Below are positions 20,343 through 32,345 of a stretch of DNA of 64,000 bases, piece after piece. The stretch comes from Camelus dromedarius (taxonomy: Eukaryota). The DNA is taken from the NCBI RefSeq assembly GCF_036321535.1, contig NC_087459.1:29884001-29948000 (forward strand), written 5' to 3'. The position numbers and the translations under genes are program-made. The notes under the pieces are model-generated. The model searched no databases. It was given only the letters and a program-made list of their open reading frames with translations, and was not told the origin of the DNA. The first letter of the stretch is position 1. Each line of letters starts with the position of its first letter.

Positions 20343-21529
20343 GCACCTCCTACCCCGTTTCAGTGTTAATGGACTGCCGACTGGGCACTCCGGGCAGGGT
20401 GGGGCAGGGTGGTGCCCACTGCCCAGCAGGAGGGGTTCGCACACGCAGGGCCATCTGCCCTGGCCTGCCGTCCATCTGTACAGTCCAGCCACCTCCACAA
20501 GCCCCCCACCAGTCACACCCCCCAGCCATCCGTCCATCTGTACAGTGCAGCCACTGCCGTCAGCCCCTCCCCATCAGCCCTACCCCACCCCTTGCCTTTG
20601 AAGAGTCCCCAAGTGGGACTGACACCGGACGTAGTCCCTGCTGTCTCCTAGGTGTGCCTGGTGACCCCTCGCCTGTTTCTCCCCTATTGGCTCATTTGCC
20701 TTCCATCTGGGGTTCACGTTTCCCTCCCCCAGGGAGCCCTGCTCACATCAGAGAGCCGGGAGGCAGGTCCCAAACGGTTCATTTAAGGCCACATCATGAA
20801 AGGTCGTACATACAGAGGCAGGCGTGCAGTGCACACAGGTGTCACACAGACGTTTCGGGTGGTTTCCTCTGTATCAGTTGGTTGGTTGCTGGGCTGTTCC
20901 CTGAAACAGAACTGAAATGAAATCTGACCTTTCTCACATGGCCCCGAACGCTCCTGAGCTGGCCCCTCCCTGTGGGCACTGTCCCTGGGCTACTGGGTCC
21001 CATCCTAAGGACACCCAGTACACTGTTGGCTGAAGGTTGGGCGGGGGCAGGGCTGATGCTATGTGAGCGCAAAGTGCTTTATAAATAGCACCTTCTTTCA
21101 CTGAGTCCCTGTTAAACTTTCATGGAGGAAAAGACTTTGCAGGAAAAGAAGAATCAAGCCGGGAGGCTTGGGTTCCCTGTGGGGAGGTGGCAGTGGTCTT
21201 GCCCCTGCCCTCCAGCTTCTCCCAGGGTGGCCTTGAGAAGAGGCAGGACTGGAAGGAGCCCAGGGCGGTGGTGGGGGGACCAGTCCACTCCTCTCCCTTT
21301 GGCCCAGCAACCTGGGGGAGGCAGAGCATGTGCAGAGAGTGTGTCATGGGTGCAGAGGGAGACCACACTGAGGCCCCGTCCAGCGGTGCAGGAGTGGGGG
21401 ACAAGCGGGCCTGTCTGGGGCCGGGGGCGGGGGCAGGGGCTGTGGCTGTCATCGTTTGCTCTCAGACTCTGTGCTAAAAGCAGCTTTCCCACTGCTGTGT
21501 CGCTCACTCATGAAATACTGCCATTGCCA

Positions 21530-21535
21530 AATAAA
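21530..21535 (+). terminator. Probable TMEM130 polyadenylation signal AATAAA (3'UTR ~1.2 kb)
   Basis: First canonical hexamer I found after the stop codon (ccaAATAAAgc). No transcript evidence. Confidence 0.65.
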
Positions 21536-21869
21536 GCTTGCGTGCCCTGAATATAGCCAAGCATATGCCAGGCGGCCAGTCTAATTCTTTTCTACACACG
21601 GACGTTTGGGCCTTGCAAGCAGCAAGAGCAGATCCCGGACGTCCCCATCCTGTTCTCCGGCAGGTGCGCTGGGATGGAGCCGCTGTCTAGGACCTTGGGT
21701 CTGGGTCAGTGGTTTGGGCCATTGGTTCTCAAACTGCCACTCAGGCTGCATCACAGACGATCAGACTCCTGAGGGTCTCCCGGAGGTGGGTCCAGGTGCC
21801 CCAGGGTGGCTCCAACGTGCAGCCAAGTCTGAGACCCTGGGGTGGACTCTTGATCAGAGAAAGATGTCA

Positions 21870-22145
21870 GCCACTCCTGGGAACCTGGAAATGCAGATCC
21901 TTGGGCCCCACGCCACACCTGAATCAGCTCCTGAGGAAGCGGGGCAACCCCAGTGCACCATCAAGTGTGAGAACCTCCCATCTCCATCTAGGCGTTTTGA
22001 ACTTGGACATGGTGAGATTCTCTGGAGGTCTTGTTAAACAGCATGTATTCAGGCAGAAGGGCTGGAGCGGGCCCTGTGATTCCACGTTTCTAAGCAGATC
22101 ACAGGTGCTGCGGGTCCCAGGACCACACTTTGAGTTGCAAAGCCC
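21870..22145. mobile_element. MER5-like (hAT-Charlie) fragments
   Basis: gaaatgcagatccttgggccccacgccacacctgaatcag and ggtcccaggaccacactttgag are MER5A/B hallmarks. Confidence 0.6.
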
Positions 22146-22487
22146 TGAGGAGCTGGACATGGACGGGAATGGACCCCGACCCCACCCGTGCTGTGCCACT
22201 TCCAGCGAGCAGTCATTTAGGGAGCTTTCTTAGAATTCAGCATCGTTGGCACGCGGGGTGGATGCTGCCACACACCTTTGCTCTGGCCTCCCACCTAGGG
22301 GCCAGCTGTGTCGGGGTCTGGGGCGGGAAGGAAACATGCCTTGGATAACCAGTTAGAGGATCAAATGTAACCTTGGAGAAAGGTGGTGGGGAGGGGGCTG
22401 TTGTTACCTTGACTTATTTTAAAGTGTTCTCCATAGACAAGCGCCATTTTTTTTTAAAGGGCAGGTTCTAACCTGGATGCTGGAGTT

Positions 22488-22591
22488 ATTTGTTTTTGTT
22501 TTTGTTTTTTGAACAGAGGCACTGGGGATTGAACCCAGGACCTCATGCACACGACACACGCACTCTACCACTGAGCTATATCCTTTCCCCC
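22488..22591 (-). mobile_element. tRNA-derived lineage SINE (Vic-1-like)
   Basis: ggggattgaacccaggacctc...ctaccactgagctatatcc, with a (ttttg)n tail. Confidence 0.85.
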
Positions 22592-22805
22592 TCCAGGTGT
22601 CATTTTAGAACCACTCCCTGCTGGCATAATGCACAGCCCCCTGTCTCTTCACGTGCCTTCAAGAGAACCAGGATTAAAAAAAATACAAACTCAACTCACC
22701 CAGAAGAATTTAAAAGTGGTGTTTCAGGCTGTAAGGGGAGCTACGTCTCTGCAAAAACAGGGGTCATCAGGTGTTTGTCTTACAGAAGTTAAAAAAGGTT
22801 TTATG

Positions 22806-23259
22806 ATGGACTATTACTCGGCCATAAAAAACAATGAGCTAATCCCATTCCCAGCAACAGGGATGCACCTGCAGACCATCTTACTAAGTGAGGTCAGTCA
22901 GACGGAGAAGGACAAATAGCATATGATATCATTTATATGTGGATCTAAAAAAAAGACACAAATGAACTTATTTACAAAACTGAAACAGGCTCACAGACGT
23001 AGAAAACAAACTCATGGTTACCAAAGGGGAAAGGTAGGGGAGGGATGAATTGGGAATTTGGGATTAGCAGATACACACTATGGTATATAAAATAGATAAA
23101 CAGCAAGGACCTACTGTATAGCACAGGGAGCTATATTCAGTATCTTGTAATAACCTATAATGGAAAAGAATATGCAAAAGAATATATACATAATTGAATC
23201 ACTATGCTGTCCACCAGAAACTAACACACTGTAATCAACTATATTTCAGCTAAAAAAAA
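22806..23259 (+). mobile_element. L1 3' end (artiodactyl-type 3'UTR) with short poly(A)
   Basis: ggactattactcggccataaaaaac...agtgaggtcagtcagacggagaaggacaaata...aaggacctactgtatagcacaggga...tcaactatatttcagctaaaaaaaa. Confidence 0.85.
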
Positions 23260-23544
23260 GGCGGGGGGGAAGGAAACCAGCTCTGGTCCTTGCTCATCAT
23301 CAGAGCGGGGAAGCCAGGAAGCCCCGGGCTGCCTTCTGAGGATGATGCCTCCTCCCGTGCTGAGGAGGGGAATCAGAGGGTGGGGGTGGGGGAGGCAGCC
23401 AGGCTGTGGAAGGTGTGGCAGGGGCCGAAGGAGCAAACTGGGCTGGAATCTGCTTGGCAGCAGGACAAGAGGCTGAGGAGGTCCTGGGGCAGCCAGGCAG
23501 GATCCGGGCCGGGGGCTCCTAACCTGGGGTGCCCGACCCCCAAG

Positions 23545-23900
23545 GGATCCATGGAGAGAATTCATGAACTTGGGTGGGAGAAACTGCACCTTCACTTCTA
23601 CAAACCTGTAATCAAATCAAGGCACTGCCTTCCACCGTGAGTGAGTACAGGCCCCAGACGGCAGGGCTGTTAGCAGCCCCTGCAACTCTGCATCAGCGAG
23701 CCTCACAGATTTTCTCGTATCCCATGTGGGCCTCTCAAAACGCCAGCTGTACTGACTGTGTCTTCAAAATTACATTTGCTCTTAGACCTGACGCCAGATC
23801 TTATTTCTCTAAGCACATACATTACCATTGCTATTTTGGTAACTGGTTTCCTTTGTAATTCTATTATTTTATATTGTGCTTTTAAAAACATAATTCTGAT
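23545..23900. mobile_element. hAT-Charlie-like non-autonomous DNA transposon fragment (subfamily uncertain)
   Basis: catgaacttgggtgggagaaa...ggtttcctttgtaattcta...ttttaaaaacataattctga resembles Charlie-type MER consensus from memory. Confidence 0.45.
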
Positions 23901-24115
23901 TTATTCTGATGGCTTTATCTGACTGGAGAGGGGCTCGTGGTGCCAAGAAGGCTATCAGGCCCCTGCAGCTGTTCCCTGGGAGGCCCTTGGGGCACAGGGG
24001 TGACAGGGGCCAGAGGAAACGGTCCTTCCCGGAGCTCTAAAGGCAGCAACCTCTGCAGCTGACCGGGGAGACCAGGTGTCCAGCCCCGCAGGTCACCTGC
24101 CTGCAGAGCCCAGTG

Positions 24116-24134
24116 TGACCAGCAGGTGGCAGCC
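24116..24134 (+). promoter_or_regulatory. CTCF binding motif
   Basis: TGACCAGCAGGTGGCAGCC; full match to the core CCASYAGRKGGCRS. Confidence 0.6.
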
Positions 24135-24639
24135 CTGCTCAGCCATGCTCCCAGTCTCCTCCCCTTGCAGCCTGTGGGCGTCACAGGGAAAGAGAGGATG
24201 TGGAGGGTGTGGGTCCTGGCAGCTGTGGCACCTGCAGGTGCACACATCTGTGCACATGCGTGAACACACAGGCACACACCAGATGCATAAGCATGTTCAC
24301 ACTGACACAGCTGGAGGAGCCTAGTTGGGAATCAGCTCCCAGAATATTCAGCCCCTTCTGGGACAGAAGGCGTCCCTGGGACGCTTGCCCTTGGGAAGTC
24401 CTTTCAGAAGAGCGGACTCCCTTTGTTCTTCCTCATCTTTTCCTTCCCTAATAGCTTGTCTGAGGCATCCGCAGGTCAGCAACAGCTCCAGCCACAAAAA
24501 TACTCTAATTGCAGCTGAGGTGGGGAGTGGGGTGAGGAGGTGAAGATTGATTTCTGGCCAGACTCCCAGACTTTGGGCAAGTGGCCTGATCTGTCCAAGC
24601 TCTAGCTTCTTTGTGTTGCACAGTTTGTATAAAGAGTGA

Positions 24640-25540
24640 GCTCTTACCACTCAATCACTAAAAGACAAACCACCCAATGAAAAATGGGCAAAGGACTTGC
24701 TTGCAGACATTTCTCCAAAGAAGACAGACAAATGGCCAATAAACACGTGACAAGATGCTCGATATCATTAGTCACCAGGAAATGCAAATCAGAACCACGA
24801 CGAGCTACCACTGCACGCCCACGGGGATGGCTGTAACAGACAAAATAGAGCATGAGAAAACCAGAACAGAACATAGTAAGTATGTGCAAGGATGTGGAGA
24901 AATGGGGACCCTCATCTATTGCTGGTGAGAAAGTAAAATGGAAAATAGTTTGGTGATTCCTCAAAAAGTTAAACATAGAATGACCGTATGACCCAGCAAT
25001 TCCCCTCCTAGGTAGATGCCTAAAAGACCTGAAAACAGATACTCAGGGACTTGTTCACGAACGTTCCCAGCAGCACAGTTCACAGTAGCCAAAAGGTGGG
25101 AACACCCATCAACAGAAGAACAAACGAAACCACTGTGGTGCATACACACAGTGGAATATGATTCAGCCTGAAAAAGGACTGACACCTTCTAGACCATGGG
25201 TGAACCGTGAAAATACACTCTGTGAAAGAAGCCAGTCACGGAAGGCCACACCTGCATTATGATTCCATGTATCTGAAGCGTCTAGAATAGGCAAATCCAC
25301 AGAGACAGAAAGCAGATGGGTGGTTCCCAGGCGCCTGGGCTGGGGGCATGGCGGGGAGGAATGGGGAGCGATCATTTGATGGGTAGTGGGTGTTCTGCTG
25401 GGACAGTGAAAAAGTTTTGCAACTACAGAGAGGTGGTGGCTTAGCCTTCTGAATACACTGAATGCTACTGAATGGCTCACTTGAAAATGATTGATTGTAT
25501 GTTACATCAATTTCATTCATTTTTTTTTTTAAATAAAAAA
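24640..25540 (+). mobile_element. L1 (L1MB/MC-like) 3' portion
   Basis: aacaatcccaat-like start, gacatttctccaaagaagaca, gtcaccagg-aaatgcaaatcagaaccac, atgacccagcaattcccctcctagg, ggaatatgattcagcc, aataggcaaatccacagagacagaaag. Confidence 0.85.
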
Positions 25541-28500
25541 GAGAAAATGGGTACATTTTCCAGGTAGTCATCCAGAGAACGCTCTGGCGGCATCCACGAG
25601 CCTTGCCCAGGGGCCAGCACGTCCCGGACACATGCGCTTCTTGTTCAGTTTGCTGCTTCGTGGCAGAGGGCTGATGTGGAGACTGAAGATGGAAGATTCT
25701 GGAGGAACAGTGGGAGGAGAGACCAAAGGGAGCCGAGTGACCCTCGGGGGGCCCCACTATGTCTGCAGCTTCTGACCAAATCTGTGTCACAGACACTGGT
25801 GCTTCTCATGAGTGAGGGGAGGTTCCTCAGCAAGTGCCTCGCTCAGTGGAGATCTTTCTGACCTACTATGTGCAGGTGTTGGGGACACTGCAGCTCAGAA
25901 GGGGGAAAGCCCCACCAGGGCTCACCAGGAACCCCCTCCCCACCAGGTGATGGGGAGCAGGTGGCCCAGGCCCCACGGGACAGAGCTGGGGTGGGAGATG
26001 GAGGAGGGAGGGAGCAGAGGCCACAGGCTGGACCCCCGCCCGCAGGCTCTGGGGAGAACAGGGAGCCAGGGTGCACTAGCCTCTTCCTCAGCGCTGGGCG
26101 GCAGCTGCTCCCTCCTGAGACCTGGGTTTCTACCACTGTGATGCACGCTTGTGCACGTACACGCAGGTGTGTGTGTACGTGCCTGTGGGTGAACGGTGCA
26201 CCGGGCACACCGCGGGCCCCTGGAGCGCTGGGGTAAAGCACTGGCCAAGGCCTTTAGACAACCGCAGGTGCTGGGGTCCAGATTCCAGGAGGCCAACGTG
26301 ACCCATTGGAACCAGCACTTTCCAGAAGCAAGAAGGTGAGGGAGGACCCAGGTGGGGAAGGCAGCTTTGCCCTGGCCTATGCCAGGCAGCTCTGAGCAAG
26401 CAGGTCCCTGTGGGTCTCCCCAACCCCAACACAGAGGGGACGCAGACAGTCTGGAAGCTCAGGGCAGTTGCACATCTCTGGCCCAACCTCTGCATCAGAA
26501 GTTGGAAAACACACACGCCCAGGTGAAGTTCGCATCAGGTGATGTGAGACTCCCATTTCAAAGAGCCTGTCGAGTCCCATGGGTTTTAGGTTCTTTCTGA
26601 ACAACCCATGATCTCTGTCTCCGGCTCAGACAGCGCCCCTGACCCGCGTGGAACACGCTCTTCTGGCACCTCGCTCCTCACATGTCCAGAACTGGGCTCC
26701 AGTCTCCTCCTCTCCACCTGTCCTCCAGGCCGGAACCTTCCCCGTCGTGGAAACCTCCTCTCCCACCCGTCAGGTGCACAAGCGCCACACCTAGGAGATT
26801 TTCATTCTCGCTCTTTCCCCCTCCCGCACCCAATCCATCGCGAGTCCTGCGTCCTCTATGTCTGGAATGACCCCCAAATCCTTCTGCATCGGTCTGTCTG
26901 CCCTGCCTGCATGGTTCCTCCCCTGGGAGGCTGCTCCCCATTCTCTGGGACAGTGACGTCTAACATCAGCACGTCGGGCACACTTCAAAGTCTGAGTCAG
27001 TGGTGAGTTAGGATCGCGGAGGCCGTGGTGGCAAGTGGTCCTCGCAGTGGTGCCGGTGCCGCCGGTGCCGAAGGCCTCGCAGGGGGATGCAGCCTTCGCT
27101 TTCTATTTTCTTCCCCAAAGCCCCAGTGTGCTTCTGGGAATGGGCAGCAGGGGGTACCATAAGCCAGCTGCAGATTGGAAGGCTAGGCCTGGCTTCTAAC
27201 TCTGCTGCTCCAACTTGGGCAGGAGTTCCCGGTCAGTCCCAGACCCCGAGACTCTCAACGAATGTTTGTCGGGCGCCAGGCCACCCCTAGCCTGGAGGAG
27301 GCTGGATGGGTGTGGCCGGTGCTGCATCTTTTCTCAAACAGAAACCGCAGCCCCTGTCCCCAAACAGAGGTGGGATCAGCTCACTGTCCCGCTTAAAATG
27401 CCCAGCGCCTCCCTCCACCCCTTACCACGAAGTTGGGGTGCTCGGTGTTCGAGCTGCTCCCACTTACCTCTCAGCCTTGTTCCCTATCGTATGCATCCAC
27501 TCTTTGTCTCATCCCTGCTCGCCGCTGTCAGGGCTCACCTTCATCCACGAGGCCACGTGCCCTGTGCTGGGATGAAGCCACCAACAAAGCAAGGCCAGCC
27601 TCTTGGGGCTTCCCATCCGATGGATGACCAGCATGGGGCCAAAAACCACGGAAAGAGCCACCAGCTCTCAGGAGGTGGTGCCTCTGCTTCATGTCCTGCC
27701 TGGGGAGCCTGACTGAAATCTGGCCGGTGCCCAGCCTGGGGCCCGGGGAAGAAGGAAGAGGCCGAGTTCCCTGACTCCGGCCCAGACTACAGCTGTGAGG
27801 TTCTGACGACCTCAGGTGGCTCTTCTGGCCAAGAACCGTGAGGCCTCCCCAGGCTCCGGCCTCCCAGGGAGACGGTCTAGCATGTTGAGCACGAGGGGGC
27901 AAAGACATAGCAAATCATCCAGCAGGTACCTTGTTACAAGCACCACCACCGGCTGTACTCAGGGTGACGACATACACATGTCGGCCAGATTTTAACACTT
28001 ATTAGGGAAAAGGTCATTGCCTGTGATCTACTTATTTTTATATTTCACCCTGGGTGCAGTGAGCATTCTTGGTATCTTCAGATTCAACCCACAAAGGACA
28101 ACAGTGTCCTCACTGTTTCCTGAGCTCCTGGAAAACCGCAGAGGTTAAAGGAACCCACATCCCTTGTGTTCTGGGAAGAACCACTCTTCTCTGGAGGACG
28201 TCACGAGGACTCAGGGACGCTCCCTCGTTTACCAACACAAGGCCAGACACAGAGCTCAAAATCCCTTTTCTTTGCCTCCTAATGATGACCTGAGTTGCTT
28301 GTCTCCACGGGTCAAGCCTTTGGAATAAAATCTCTCTTCCTAAGTCTGGATTTCTTTCCATTTGACACTATTGGGAGAGGGTTGCTGATGACTCTGTAAG
28401 TTTCAGGAGGTCAGAGCAGGCGATGTCAGAAGCCTGCCCACCCACCTCAGGTGCTCACGGTGGTTAGGGAAAAGTGCTTTTGTGACCAAGCAGGCAACGT

Positions 28501-28926
28501 CACAGGATTCCTAGAAACACGGCACAGCTGGGCTGCGGCCCACCCACTCCCACCTGCATCAGCCCCGACGGCCCGGCCCAAGGCAACCCCACTAGTGCAG
28601 CGTCACCATAAAAGCCAGGAAGCAGCGATTACCTGACACAAGGACCCGGAGGCAGAGGAACAGGGGGCCTGCTCTCTTCTTGGAACCCGGAAGGGAGAAA
28701 TGCAACAGGAAGAAAACATAAATTAATCACTCTGGCTTCTCCTGCCTGACCAGCAACACCGAGGTCACAGAGCGGGGGCGAGGAGGTGGGACTGGGATTT
28801 AGCCTCCTGGCTTGCTGGCTTCCACCTGCCCTAGCGGGCTCCCCAGCTGCTGCTTCTCAAGCCTGGGGAGGGGCCCACATGTCCGCGGGAGGGGCCTGGA
28901 AGGAGGCTGAGATGCAGGGGCTGCTC

Positions 28927-28945
28927 TGACCACCAGGGGGCGCCC
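28927..28945 (+). promoter_or_regulatory. CTCF binding motif (near-consensus)
   Basis: TGACCACCAGGGGGCGCCC vs canonical TGGCCACCAGGGGGCGCTA; the core is perfect. Confidence 0.7.
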
Positions 28946-30634
28946 AGGCTCCGGGGGGAGGGGAAGGCCCCGCCACAGGGCTGAGAGCAGAGGTAAAGGG
29001 TTCAAGGTCCCTCTCCCACATCCTCACATTCTCCCACCAGCCCCCGCAAGACAGCCCAGGTGGAGCTGCTGGGACTCACATCCTTGCAAGTGCATGACCT
29101 TGGGCAAGTCATTTTACTCTCTCAGTCTCGCTTTCCTTGTCTCCTTTGGGGAAAATAATGGTGCCGCAGGACCCAGGACACGGTTACTGCTGCTACCACT
29201 TATGCTGGTACTACCATCAACCCCGTCTACAGCCGAGGCAACTGAGGCCCAGAGTCAGGTTTATGGGCGCATAAGAGCTGGAATGAAATCCACCCCCCAC
29301 CCCCCCGACCCGGGTTCTGACTAAATATCCCATTGCAGCACCTCCCAGGCATGCCCTCACAGAGTTCCCGACCCTTCCACGCCCCCTGGACCAGAGATTT
29401 ATGGAGGGTGAGGAAGCTCCCTGCACTGTGTAAGAAAGGCTGGAACCAGGGAGAAGAGGTCCGGGTCCGCACCCCGCCTGGGGCACATGCAGCCGCTGAC
29501 CTCTCTCAGCCTCCGTTTCCCTGGAGATGATTCTTTGGAAGGGGCAGGGAATTAGGTGCGGGGTTGTGTGTGAAAGCACTTTGTTCCTGGGAACGCTGGC
29601 CCCACCCTGGAGCTCTGGGAGGGCAGGGACCAGGTCTAAGGTCTTGGTTCCCGGGGTGGGACAGGGTCGCTGGTGTATACATGGTAAACAAGTACCACTG
29701 CAGGTGCCACGGCCACGGGGGGCAAATGTGGGGGTGGACTGATACACAGACTCATCTGTGGGCGTCAGAGGCAGAAACCTGGGGGAGGAAGGAATGCACG
29801 GAGGTGGTGGAGCAGGTGGGGGGACAGTTACAACCTCGCCTTTTGGAGAGCACGCAGTCTGGCGTGCTACAGAGGTCAGCGACATCCTGGATGAGAGCCA
29901 GGACCTGTATCACTAAGTCCCTCAGCCAAAGGGACAGGACTGGGGACCCTGCTGAGCAAGGAGAACCATGGCTGGCTGGAGCTGTGTTCTAGAATCACAC
30001 CCAGAACCTACCTCCGGCCTCTGATGGGGCCCCGGGCGGGGTGTCGGGAGGCGCCCCACCAGCCTTGGCTTCCCCGCAGAGTGCTGGGTGACCTTCGGAA
30101 GATTGCTCTCCGTGATTTTCCCCGCAGCCTCGCCGCAGCTCCATCTTTAAAAATAGTTGCAGAAAAGTCCATTGCTTATTCAGTGAGATCTTTTGTTAAA
30201 AAAACAAAACAAAACTCTGCAGCTTTGGTTTGTTTAGTTCATACAAGGTCTGACTATCCGAGTGCTGCTGACTCATTAAAGAAAAATAGGACTAAGGGAG
30301 GCGCGGGGAGCCTGGCGGGGCAGTGGCCACTCAGGCTCAAATCTCGGTCTGTTTTGGAAGCCTGGGGTGATCGTCCCACCTTTTGGAGCCTCAGTGAGTT
30401 CTCATGTGTATGTTGGGGATAATAATCAGAATGCCGAGTCGTAGGAGTCAGAGACAAACAGGACACGGTCCCTCCCTCCGCCATCCTTTCTCTCAGGCTC
30501 TGCACCCCACCCCACCCCCAGCCAAACTTCTGGCAAGAATTGTGGTCTGGCCTCCCTTCCAACCACTGCTCAGGGCAGTCCGGCTTCCCACCCACATCGC
30601 CTCTGAAACTGCTCTTCCCAAACTTATCGGTCAC

Positions 30635-30945
30635 ATGTCATTAAAAAAAACAATGCACACACTTTAATTTAAAAATCCTTTATTGCCAGAAAATACTATC
30701 ATCTGAGCCTTCAGCAAGCCATAGAAGTAAAATCAAGGATCGCCGATCACAAATCACCATAACAAATAATATAACAATGAAANNNNNNNNNNNNNNNNNN
30801 NNNNNNNNNNNNNNNNNNNNNNNNNNNNNNNNNNNNNNNNNNNNNNNNNNNNNNNNNNNNNNNNNNNNNNNNNNNNNNNNNNNNNNNNNNNNNNNNNNNN
30901 NNNNNNNNNNNNNNNNNNNNNNNNNGCAATAGAATGAGGTACAGA
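30635..30945 (+). mobile_element. Internally deleted Tigger1-like (TcMar) DNA transposon, spanning an N gap
   Basis: aaaacaatgcacacactttaatttaaaaatcctttattgc...atcatctgagccttcagc (left part) is joined directly to gatcacaaatcaccataacaaataatata ... gcaatagaatgaggta (right end). Confidence 0.7.
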
Positions 30946-31129
30946 GTGGGCATTCCATAATACTTTTTGAATAAATGAGTGAATGAATTATGAATGAATA
31001 TCCATGAATGAATGAACTGCCACAGAGCCTGGAGAGAGAGTTAGAGAGTCGTTTGCTTCATGGCTAACCCACATGTGCCCTTTACCGGCCAAGAACACCA
31101 CTACGATTGTTACAATTTATTGAGCACTT

Positions 31130-31315
31130 CCAATGTCTTAGGAGAATCGCTGGAAGCACTTTACATCCTTTAGCTCACCTAATCCTCACATCAGTCCTAG
31201 GATGGGGTTAGTATTATTAGCTGCACCGAGGCACAGAGAAGTTTAGTAACCTGCTCAAGGTCACACAGCCAGAAAATGGCAGAACCAGAACCAAGGCAGT
31301 CTGACTGCAGAGGCC
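31130..31315. mobile_element. MIR SINE
   Basis: aatcctcac...tattattag...gaggcacagagaagtttagtaacctgctcaaggtcacacagc core. Further MIR fragments occur near 10845, 14720, 36900, 48800, 51480, 58960 and 62900. Confidence 0.75.
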
Positions 31316-31493
31316 ACAGTCAAATCAACTGCGAGAAACGATTTTCCAGCTCTTTTAATCACGCCCAGCAGTAAGGACATTATACATTCAGAGCTGGTAT
31401 ACGGCGCACACACCGTTGAAAAAAATTTTCACTAAGTATTCCATTATCATATGTGATACATTCTGGTGTGTTCTAGCCTGTTCTATTTTACTC

Positions 31494-31653
31494 TTTTTTT
31501 TTTTTAATACTTTATTTTTGTTTTATGTTTTTTTATTTTTGAGAAGGTGATTAGGTTGATTTATTTATTTTTTAATGGAGGTGCTGAGGATTGAACCCAG
31601 GACCTCGTGGACGCTAAGCGTGCGCTCTACCACTGAGCTACACCCTTCCCCCC
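31494..31653 (-). mobile_element. tRNA-derived lineage SINE (Vic-1-like), nested in an older hAT-like element
   Basis: gaggattgaacccaggacctcgtggacgctaagcgtgcgctctaccactgagctacacccttcccc, with T-rich tail and gtgattaggtt motif. Confidence 0.85.
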
Positions 31654-31934
31654 TTTTCATTTGATACTATTTTTTAAAATGCTAGCTGTGACGCACTGAA
31701 TGGATTTCATGACCAACTCCACTATACTATTTTTACAAACATCGTGTTAGAGATGATTTCAAACACATAAAAGTACACAGAAGGCAATAATGACACCTCC
31801 CCACCGTGAACCCGCCCCCCCGCCACGGCACTTCTCAGCCGGTAGCCAGTTTTGTTTCCTCTCGACTCCTGCCTCTTCTGTATTACTCTGAAGCAACTTT
31901 CAGACTTGATTTCGTTTCATCTGTCAAGATTCCT

Positions 31935-32345
31935 GTTCTTGTTGCAGTCCGCAGGGACTGCCATAACCAAATCCCAATGACTGGGCTGTTTAAACCACAG
32001 ACATTCACTTCTCATGGTTCTGTCTGGAGGCTGGAGGTCCAAGATCAAGGTGCTGGCAGATCTGGCTTCTGGTGAGGGCTCTCTTCCTGGCTTGCAGATG
32101 GCTGCCTTTTCTTCCTCACTGTCCTCACGTGGCCCGTCCTCTGGGCATACATTCAGGAAGAGAGAGCCCTCTGGTGTCACTTCTTATAAGGCCACTAATG
32201 CTGTCAGATCAGGGCCCCACCCTCTGACCTCATTTCACCTCAGTTACCTCTTTAAAGGCCCTGTCTCTACATACAGTCATACTGGGGGTCAAGTCTTCAG
32301 CATATGACTCTGAAGGCAGGGGCACAAACATCCATCTGCAACATT
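31935..32345 (-). mobile_element. MLT1 solo LTR
   Basis: ctggaggctggaggtccaagatcaaggtgctggcagat...cttgcagatggctgcc...cttataaggccactaat...gacctcatttcacctcagttacctc. Confidence 0.85.
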
